A stretch of 24,277 nt of DNA from Okeania sp. (GTDB lineage Bacteria > Cyanobacteriota > Cyanobacteriia > Cyanobacteriales > Microcoleaceae): contig NZ_JAYKGW010000102.1 of NCBI RefSeq assembly GCF_035285525.1, positions 1 through 24,277 on the forward strand, given 5' to 3'. Position 1 is the stretch's first letter. Every line of letters starts with the position of its first letter. Positions 16,145 to 23,139 of this stretch are shown here, piece after piece. Made by a program: the position numbers and the translations under genes. A model generated the notes under the pieces. It searched no databases. It was not told the DNA's origin and worked only from the letters and a program-made list of their open reading frames with translations.

Positions 16145-18061
16145 ATGATTACTTATAAACCACTAATTTATTGTCCAAATGTTAATTGTTCTGCTCCGTC
16201 TAACTCTTGGGGTCGTCAAGAGTGTGAAGCTTGCCAAACTAACTTAATTTATCGCTATTTATGGGCGGTGAATCCAGGAGTTGAAATTTCTGTAGGGGAA
16301 TTATTGGGCGATCGCTACTATGTCGTAGCTCCCCAAGTTTGGCTAGATACTAAACCTGGGAAACTTCCATTTCTGTATGAGGAGTTGCCAGATTATATTA
16401 TTCCTTATTTACGTCTATATCCCCAGAGACTTCATACTCCAGAGGTATATGGTTTTTATAAATATGGAGAGGAAACTTATCCTACAGATATTGTGTTGTT
16501 AGATAACGTTCCTCTAGACTCTGAAGGTAATTTGTTTCCTTCTTTTGCTGAAGCTTGGCCAACAGCAACTCCTGTACGTCAGGTCTATTGGTTGTGGCAA
16601 ATGATGCAGTTATGGAAACCTTTATCAGAACAGCGTGTAGCTTCTAGTTTATTTACAAATAATTTGCGGGTCGAAGGTTGGCGGTTACGACTTTTAGATT
16701 TGGACATAAAAACCCGTAACCCTAAACTCAAAGATTTTAAGACTTTTTGGTCAAAATTAATTCCTATTGCTCATCCTCATATTCAAGAACCATTGGCAGA
16801 TATTTGTCAGATGATTAGTGATATTGGGGACTCTCCAGAGGCGATCGCTCCGAAATTAAACCAACTACTATTAGAACAGGCTGCCCAATTACCATTAAAT
16901 TTTGAAGTAATGGGAGCTACAGATACTGGACCTGTGCGTTTACATAATGAGGATTGTTGTTATCCTACCGAACAAGATTTAGCTAGCAATCAACTAATAC
17001 CTCATTTGGCCATGATTTGTGATGGAGTGGGTGGCCATGATGGTGGAGAGGTAGCTAGTCAACTAGCAGTAAAATCTTTTAAAAGATTAGTGCAGAATTT
17101 ATTGACAGAGGTAGGGGAACAACCAGAAATAACATCCCCAGACTTGGTAAGCAAACAATTGGAGGAAATTATCCGGGTAGTTAATAATATGATTGCCACG
17201 GAAAATGATGAACAGGGAAGAGAGTCTCGACAGCGGATGGGTACAACATTAGTTATGGCACTACAGTTACCCCAACAGGTAAAACCTAATTCGGAGTCAA
17301 ATCCAAATAATACCCATGAGTTGTATGTAGCTAATGTAGGGGATAGTCGTGCCTATTGGCTAAGTAGAGATGGTTGTCGTTTGTTGACTTTGGATGATAA
17401 TGTCACTTCTAGGGAGGTGCGTTTGGGTCATTGTTTGTATTGGCAAGCGTTACAACGTCGTGATGCGGGGGCTTTGACTCAAGCTTTGGGTACAAAGAAT
17501 GGAGAGTTTATTCGTCCCACTATTCAAAGATTTTTGATTGAAGAAGAGGGTTTGTTACTTTTATGTTCGGATGGTCTGAGTGATAATGATTGGGTTGAGA
17601 AGTCTTGGACTGAATATACTCCTAAGGTATTGCGAGGCGAAATGTCTTTGCAGCAGGCAGTTGAATATTTAATGAAGTTGGCGAATGAAAAAAATGGTCA
17701 CGATAATGTTTCGGTAGTGCTTATTCACTATCGTCTTTCTCCAGAAAAGTTAATTCTATCGAATATTCCGACAGTAACAACCCCATTAATAGAAACTTTC
17801 ATGCCAGGTTTATCAGAAACTTCTCAAGAACTTCTTTATGATAGTGATGAGGAAGTACGAGAACCGGAACCTGAGCCTGAGCCTCAGTTTGAGGTTGTCC
17901 AGGATTTGTCGTCTATAAGACCCTGGATGTTTATGGTTGGTTTGCTGTTGGTTTTGTTGATAGGGGCAATTATATCAGTGTCGAGAAATTGGGGAAATTT
18001 TCAGTCAACTCCTGATAACCCTCCTGCATCTGTGCAAAGTCCTATGATGCCAGAACCTTAA
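16145..18061 (+). CDS. PP2C-family serine/threonine phosphatase with N-terminal zinc ribbon and C-terminal TM anchor
   Basis: N-terminal CPNVNC..CEAC. PP2C motifs DGVGGHDGGEVAS, GTTLVMAL, NVGDSRAYW, LLLCSDGLSD, NGHDNVSVVLI. TM segment PWMFMVGLLLVLLIGAIISV near the C-terminus. Confidence 0.9.
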   Translation: MITYKPLIYCPNVNCSAPSNSWGRQECEACQTNLIYRYLWAVNPGVEISVGELLGDRYYVVAPQVWLDTKPGKLPFLYEELPDYIIPYLRLYPQRLHTPEVYGFYKYGEETYPTDIVLLDNVPLDSEGNLFPSFAEAWPTATPVRQVYWLWQMMQLWKPLSEQRVASSLFTNNLRVEGWRLRLLDLDIKTRNPKLKDFKTFWSKLIPIAHPHIQEPLADICQMISDIGDSPEAIAPKLNQLLLEQAAQLPLNFEVMGATDTGPVRLHNEDCCYPTEQDLASNQLIPHLAMICDGVGGHDGGEVASQLAVKSFKRLVQNLLTEVGEQPEITSPDLVSKQLEEIIRVVNNMIATENDEQGRESRQRMGTTLVMALQLPQQVKPNSESNPNNTHELYVANVGDSRAYWLSRDGCRLLTLDDNVTSREVRLGHCLYWQALQRRDAGALTQALGTKNGEFIRPTIQRFLIEEEGLLLLCSDGLSDNDWVEKSWTEYTPKVLRGEMSLQQAVEYLMKLANEKNGHDNVSVVLIHYRLSPEKLILSNIPTVTTPLIETFMPGLSETSQELLYDSDEEVREPEPEPEPQFEVVQDLSSIRPWMFMVGLLLVLLIGAIISVSRNWGNFQSTPDNPPASVQSPMMPEP

Positions 18062-18099
18062 AATCCACATTATGCGTTTCAAGTTTCTTAATATCAAGC

Positions 18100-18127
18100 T
18101 TGACAAAAAAGACAAACTATGTATAAG
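18100..18127 (+). promoter_or_regulatory. Sigma70-like promoter motif inside a dispersed repeat module, 39 nt after the PP2C stop
   Basis: TTGACA (18100-18105), 16-nt spacer, TATAAG (18122-18127). Confidence 0.3.
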
Positions 18128-18191
18128 TCTAGTAGCTGCTTTTTTAGGAGAAAAAATGTGTTGAAAATTACATTGTTTTAAGAACTTTAAG

Positions 18192-18563
18192 TAGGGCTGG
18201 CTGATTAAATCTCAAAGTCTTTACAGATAAAGTATTGGGCTTTTTAGGTCTGGAAAAAGTATCTGGTTTACGGTTCCCGAAAAATCAGATCAACCATGTA
18301 CGGTACGGTTCCCAAGAAATCGGTGAAAAATCAAAAAGTTATAGCGCTGCGCACAGGGAACAGGGAACAGGTATGGAGGAAGAATGAATAGTTTATAATA
18401 TAAGGTTTTTAGCTATTGGACACCTCATACAATTTGTAAATATTAAGTGTGCACATTGCTTTTAGGCAACAGTTGAGGAAAATAAAATTACTTTCCAGCT
18501 CCTCTATTTCCCACTCTCCCATTCCCTTACTCCTGAAAAAAGACTGAAGAAGCGCCAACCCTA
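18192..18563. mobile_element. MITE-like element with TAGGGCTGGCTGA-type termini
   Basis: Left end tagggctggctga (18192-18204); right end gcgccaacccta (18552-18563). Confidence 0.5.
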
Positions 18564-18569
18564 AATATT

Positions 18570-18830
18570 TAGGGCTGGCTGAATTATTGATGAAAGCCTT
18601 TACAAATAAACCTTTTAGCATTTTTAGGTAGGTCAAAAGTACCAGCTTTTAAGTCTTGAAAGCTAAAAAGTCTAGGATTTTCTGCCATAATTAGCCGATT
18701 TTTCGGGAACCGTAAATCAAGGGATAATTCCATAGGACTACCTCTTCTGTAATTCCCCTGACTCCTGGATTGCTGGATTGCTGGATTCTGGCTTCTCCCT
18801 GCTACTAAAAGACTTTTTCAGCAAATCCTA
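18570..18830. mobile_element. Second MITE-like element of the same family, abutting the first
   Basis: Left end tagggctggctga (18570-18582); right end tcagcaaatccta (18818-18830). The junction forms the palindrome ccctaaatatttaggg (18559-18574). Confidence 0.5.
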
Positions 18831-19082
18831 AATATTTATGGTTTGATGAAAAAATTATAGCTGTTGGAGCTAAGGGTGCGGAAATTTATAAATCCTGAAA
18901 CCCTTTTCTAGTATACTGTTCCTAGTTAAGTGTTTCCTATTCCCGATTCAAGTAGCGCTATATATATGTGAATGTTGGGTAGGTTTTATGCAAAAATAAG
19001 AAAATTGTTAAACCAATGATGTAATTTCTTCTTGAAGTTGCATGAAAATTTGTCAGAAAGAATAATACAAGGTTTTTTTTAT

Positions 19083-19307
19083 ATGAAAATAGGCGATAGT
19101 GTTCGCGTTAATACTTCTGTTGTTGTTTATATTCATCCTGAACATAGAGGACAACCATTTGACATTAAAGATGAGGAAGGAGAAGTAATCGGTATTATCA
19201 ATGAATGGAAAGGTAGGCCAGTTAGTGCTAATCTACCTATTCTCGTCCAATTTACAACCAAGTTTAAAGTTCATCTTAAGGAAGAAGAATTAGAAATAAT
19301 TTCATAG
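19083..19307 (+). CDS. ftrV: Ferredoxin-thioredoxin reductase variable chain
   Basis: MKIGDSVRVNTSVVVYIHPEHRGQPFDIKDEEGEVIGIINEWKGRPVSANLPILVQFTTKFKVHLKEEELEII matches the FTR variable subunit pattern VRV..SVVVY.HPEH...FD..G.EGEV...W.GRP.SANLP.LV.F..FK.H. The track start TTG 19032 is unlikely; the ATG is at 19083. Confidence 0.85.
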   Translation: MKIGDSVRVNTSVVVYIHPEHRGQPFDIKDEEGEVIGIINEWKGRPVSANLPILVQFTTKFKVHLKEEELEIIS

Positions 19308-19321
19308 ATATTAAGATTCTG

Positions 19322-19410
19322 AGGTACAAGAAACCCGGTTTTCTTAGGTACAAGAAACCGGGTTTCTGGCTACGCTGCTGATAACTGATAACTGATAACT
19401 GATAACTGAA
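19322..19410 (+). repeat. Repeat-only intergenic leader: 2 x ~24-nt AGGTACAAGAAACCGGGTTTCT units plus (CTGATAA)4
   Basis: Units at 19322-19345 and 19346-19367; ctgataa x 4 at 19378-19405, then ctgaa and the radC ATG at 19411. Confidence 0.9.
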
Positions 19411-20142
19411 ATGACATACAGTCTCAGAATTGCAGACTTACCTAGTAATGAGCGACCACGGGAAAGATTAATTGCCTCTGGTCCGAAAAGTCTTTCTACT
19501 GCGGAATTAATTGCTATTTTACTAGGTACAGGTCAGGGAAAAGGAAAACTTTCTGCTGTAGGTCTCGGACAATACATATTAAATCAATTAAGTCAACATC
19601 AGCGAGACCCCCTATCAGTTCTCCGCAATATTACAGTTCAAGAATTAACTCAAATTTATGGTGTTGGTACAGCCAAAGCAACAACTATTCTGGCTGCTAT
19701 TGAATTAGGCAAAAGAGTATTTCAATCTCGTCCCCCAGAATTAGCAGTTGTTGAAAGTCCCCAAGCTGCTGCTGATGCTTTAAGTCAAGATTTGATGTGG
19801 CAAACTCAAGAAAAATTTGCTGTTTTACTCTTGGATGTAAATAACCGCTTACTAGGAACTCAAGTAATTACTATTGGTACAGCAACAGAAACATTAGCTC
19901 ATCCCCGGGAAATTTTTCGAGAGGTGATTCGTCAAGGTGCAAGCAGAGTTATTATTTCTCATAACCATCCTTCAGGAAATGTGGAACCAAGTTCTGAGGA
20001 TATTAATTTAACGAAACAACTGTTAGCAGGAGCGCAATTTTTAGCTATACCCTTACTCGATCATATTATTATGGGTAATGGAGAACATTCCAGTTTGCGC
20101 CAGACAACTAATTTGTGGGAAGAATATCCTCAAGGAGATTGA
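19411..20142 (+). CDS. radC: RadC family protein (JAB/MPN domain)
   Basis: N-terminal helix-hairpin-helix region ([24 protein letters not shown]) and the JAMM motif [23 protein letters not shown]. Confidence 0.9.
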   Translation: MTYSLRIADLPSNERPRERLIASGPKSLSTAELIAILLGTGQGKGKLSAVGLGQYILNQLSQHQRDPLSVLRNITVQELTQIYGVGTAKATTILAAIELGKRVFQSRPPELAVVESPQAAADALSQDLMWQTQEKFAVLLLDVNNRLLGTQVITIGTATETLAHPREIFREVIRQGASRVIISHNHPSGNVEPSSEDINLTKQLLAGAQFLAIPLLDHIIMGNGEHSSLRQTTNLWEEYPQGD

Positions 20143-20314
20143 TGGACAGGAACTTATGCTGATGAGCTGAATATTACTCAAGTGGAATTTGTTTACTTTT
20201 GTCGCTTGGCCAAGTTATGCCGAACTCGCTACTGGTAGGCTATTCTCCAGGGGTTTGCTTGCTGGCTCCCTTGAAACAAATTACCACAAGTTAAGGCGAT
20301 CGCCACTTCTTAAG

Positions 20315-20548
20315 CAGGACTTACGCAGCGACCCTAGATATAGTGCTTAAAACCCCATACGCAACAGTTTTTCAACTCTATATATAATATAAGGACTAAA
20401 GCCATGAGGTAGGAAAAATAGGGGTTTGAGATGGCTATCCTGACGGACTGCGACCCATTCATGTCGCGGAGCGAAACGCTGTCCCTCGTATCGGAAAAAT
20501 TGCGTTGTTTTTCGTAAGTCCTGATATAGTACCTTTGCGTAAGTCTTG
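20315..20548. repeat. Long-hairpin element E6 carrying a nested second GGACT-ended element (E7, 20392-20523)
   Basis: The outer ends caggacttacgcagcgaccctagatatagtgc and atatagtacctttgcgtaagtcttg match E2-E4. The interior aggactaaagcc...ttcgtaagtcctg interrupts the ctctatatatag arm. Confidence 0.7.
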
Positions 20549-20614
20549 TTAAGATAAAACACTGGGCATGATTTTTTAATTGTCTTTAAATTTCAATCTT
20601 TTCCTTCTATAGCA

Positions 20615-20749
20615 ATGTGCGCACTTAATGTTTACCGAAGAATTATAGCAATGTATGAGGATGGTGAGGTACACTTAACACCTACTGTAGTTCAGCCTTC
20701 TTTTGCTGTAACAACCACCGAAGGTTGTGTTACTAAAATTACTAAATAA
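20615..20749 (+). CDS. Speculative 44-aa ORF (below the track threshold)
   Basis: ATG 20615 to TAA 20749: MCALNVYRRIIAMYEDGEVHLTPTVVQPSFAVTTTEGCVTKITK. No clear SD. The first ~55 nt are a dispersed repeat also present at 18409-18470 (-). The region also folds well, so it may be non-coding. Confidence 0.2.
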   Translation: MCALNVYRRIIAMYEDGEVHLTPTVVQPSFAVTTTEGCVTKITK

Positions 20750-20986
20750 AATTTTGTACCTCACGCGCGGGCATGAAATTGCTGTAATAATTAAATAATT
20801 AAATAATTAAATAATTTGCGCCTTGAAGCCTCTCCTTTAAAAGGGAAAAAATTTACTTTTTTCCTTTTATTCAATCCTATCCGTTTTTAGGGAAAGGTAA
20901 TTATCAATTATTGAAACATTATTTTTTGTACGCCTTTTCTAGAATGAACTTTCAGGTAGAAACTGTAAATACCTGAGCGCTTCTTC

Positions 20987-22405
20987 CTATATCTTTCCAT
21001 CATAAACTTCCACAATACCTAACCCAGTTTTATAGACATTATCAATTAATTCATCTGGTTTTATTACTTTAACATGACCTCCAAAACCAATCACCCAACT
21101 TAAAAAACTCACGTCTTTTAAACACCAATAAGGTAACTCTACTCGAAACTGATGGGGAAAAATTTTATCTTTTGTACCTGCTAAACAGAATACTTTTTCA
21201 TATTCCTCATCTTTAATAAAACTACTACCTTTTGGAGGAGGTGACATTTTCAATGTTCCTGATGGAAACCCTTTAGTTTTTTCACACATAAACTTAAATT
21301 TTTCTTCATCAAACCACAATTCAAATGTTACTATTACTTGCTTTTTTTCTGACTTTTTATTACTTAAAAATTTACTTTGGTCTGCAGCAGAATAACCTAA
21401 AAATATCCCGAAACTAGCGTCTAAAAGTTTTTGTAATTTTTGTAAGTGTAAAAGTTGTTGTTTCTGAGAACGAAACTTGCCTAAATCTTGACTAATATAT
21501 AACCGATCTAATCGTTCAAAACGCAATAAACCATCTGATTCACCACCCTCATGTTCAAAACCTAAATACCAGGCATTATTAAAAAATACTATCTGCAATA
21601 ACCAAGCTGTAAATGTTCCTTCTAAATCTCTGGTGAATTTTCCTTTACCTTTTAATCGCCCTAACTCCACTAATTTTCCACTAATAATTGTATCTTCAAC
21701 TACTTCCAATTTCCGAGATAATACATTTTCCGAGAGTAAGTCTAAATCTATCATTGATTGATGAGCGATCGCTCTGACTGGATAAGGTTTTTTTGTCTCT
21801 ATTTTGGCATAACTCATTCGCTGGCAAAGCTGCTCATAAATAGATACAGCAATGGGGTTTTCCATACTATTAACTTGTGCTTGCAATATATCTTGTAAAT
21901 GTTTTAATTCAGACTGGGATAAAATTCCAGTACCTGCAAAATAACCTTGTCGCATAGGAAAATCTGGTAATATTTGAAATGGTTTGAGAATGTTTTCTAC
22001 ATCCTTACGAAACTGGTCTCGACAGTCCCCTCCCATTCCTGGTTGTTGGGATAAAGTTTTTGCCAAAACATCTAAACTTTTTTTATTGCCATTTGGGAGA
22101 AATGGTTGGTTTAATATCAGACGAATAGCTGTCATTAACCGTTTAAAAGGAGTAACATCTGAGTAGGGATGGGCAATGATTATCCCCTTGGAAAGGGGGA
22201 GGCTAGAAGTTACCTCTTCCTGAGGGGTTAGGGGGGATATTTCCTCTTTGTTCCCTGGTTGAATCTCCTTCCCGTCCCCCTTGGAAAGGGGGAAGCTAGA
22301 GCTAGAAGTTACCTCTTCCTCTTTCTCACCCTTGAAAGGGTCTTCTTTCCCCCCCCTTTCAAAGCTATGCTTTATAAACATCTTTCTTAACATAAAACTT
22401 GACAA
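20987..22405 (-). CDS. WYL domain regulator (wHTH-WYL-WCX architecture), resembling the cyanobacterial CRISPR-associated WYL family; true start uncertain
   Basis: HTH-like PFKRLMTAIRLIL..LDVLAKTL..FRKDVENIL. WYL core YPVRAIAHQSMID...WLLQIVFFNNAWYLGFEHEGGESDGLLRFERLDRL. C-terminal LSWVIGFGGHVKVIKPDELIDNV. The first ~75 codons from TTG 22405 are encoded by dispersed repeats. Confidence 0.75.
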   Translation of the reverse strand: MSSFMLRKMFIKHSFERGGKEDPFKGEKEEEVTSSSSFPLSKGDGKEIQPGNKEEISPLTPQEEVTSSLPLSKGIIIAHPYSDVTPFKRLMTAIRLILNQPFLPNGNKKSLDVLAKTLSQQPGMGGDCRDQFRKDVENILKPFQILPDFPMRQGYFAGTGILSQSELKHLQDILQAQVNSMENPIAVSIYEQLCQRMSYAKIETKKPYPVRAIAHQSMIDLDLLSENVLSRKLEVVEDTIISGKLVELGRLKGKGKFTRDLEGTFTAWLLQIVFFNNAWYLGFEHEGGESDGLLRFERLDRLYISQDLGKFRSQKQQLLHLQKLQKLLDASFGIFLGYSAADQSKFLSNKKSEKKQVIVTFELWFDEEKFKFMCEKTKGFPSGTLKMSPPPKGSSFIKDEEYEKVFCLAGTKDKIFPHQFRVELPYWCLKDVSFLSWVIGFGGHVKVIKPDELIDNVYKTGLGIVEVYDGKI

Positions 22406-22424
22406 AAAGAGTCAAGTGTGGATT

Positions 22425-23139
22425 CTTGCTCTTATCGCCTCTTGCCTCTAAAAATCACAAATATGGAAAAATGGATACTCAAAGAGCTAGGAAGAACAGA
22501 CTTGGGAGACAAAAGAAGAACCAAGAGGTTCATGGAAATTGTCTCTAATTTGAGTAACTCACCGTCTGCAACAGTGCCAACGGCGAGTAGAACCTGGGCA
22601 GCAACAAAGGCCACCTATGATTTTTGGGATTCCCCCTACATCCAACCATCAATGATTAGACAAAGACATATAGAGGCGACACAAGAGCGAATTTCTCAGC
22701 ACCAAGTGGTATTTATTGGCCATACAAGACACCACAGAACTCAACTATACGAAGCAAAAAGCACTATCTGGAGCCGGATATCTTGACAGCAAATATGCCA
22801 GAGGACTAAAAGTGCATTCAGTCTTGAGCGCAAGTACCAAGGGATTACCACTGGGTATATTAGACCAGTATGTTTGGGCAAGGGAAGTAGAGGAATGGGG
22901 AAAAGCAGAGCCAAGAAAAAAAAGATCAACGGCAGAAAAAGAAAGTCAAAGATGGCTAGATGCCTTAAGCAAAAGCGAAGAGCTAATCCCAGAATCAACT
23001 AAAGTGGTAACAATTACTGACCGAGAAGGAGATTTTTATGATTTTATGAAATGTCCTCGTCGCCTCAATTCAGAGTTTCTCATTAGAGCGAGCCAAAATA
23101 GGTTTTTAGAGTCTGGTAAGAAGTTATGGTCATATAGAA
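22425..23139 (+). mobile_element. IS4-family (Tn5/IS50-like) element, left part only, truncated by the IS630-like insertion; left boundary approximate
   Basis: cttgctcttatcgcc at 22425 resembles the IS50 end (CTGACTCTTATACAC) as I remember it. The transposase reading frame follows from 22463. Confidence 0.55.
22463..23139 (+). pseudogene. IS4-family DDE transposase, frameshifted near 22711-22717 and truncated at about half length
   Basis: MEKWILKELGRTDLGDKRRTKRFMEIVSNLSNSPSATVPTASRTWAATKATYDFW, then after a frame change LAIQDTTELNY (first D) and VTITDREGDFYDF (second D). The frame reads into unrelated sequence after 23139. Confidence 0.8.

Noticed and set aside
18409-18636. 75-aa minus-strand track ORF
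   Set aside because: It spans the junction of two MITE-like elements and is composed of repeat sequence. Only its last 15 codons resemble the small ORF at 20615.
20143-20238. 31 open codons in frame after the radC stop (WTGTYADELNITQVEFVYFCRLAKLCRTRYW), relatively GC-rich
   Set aside because: There is no start codon and no known read-through signal. It may be a vestigial gene fragment, but a single short open stretch is not enough evidence.
20347-20562. 71-aa minus-strand track ORF
   Set aside because: It is encoded entirely by the nested GGACT-ended palindromic elements E6/E7.
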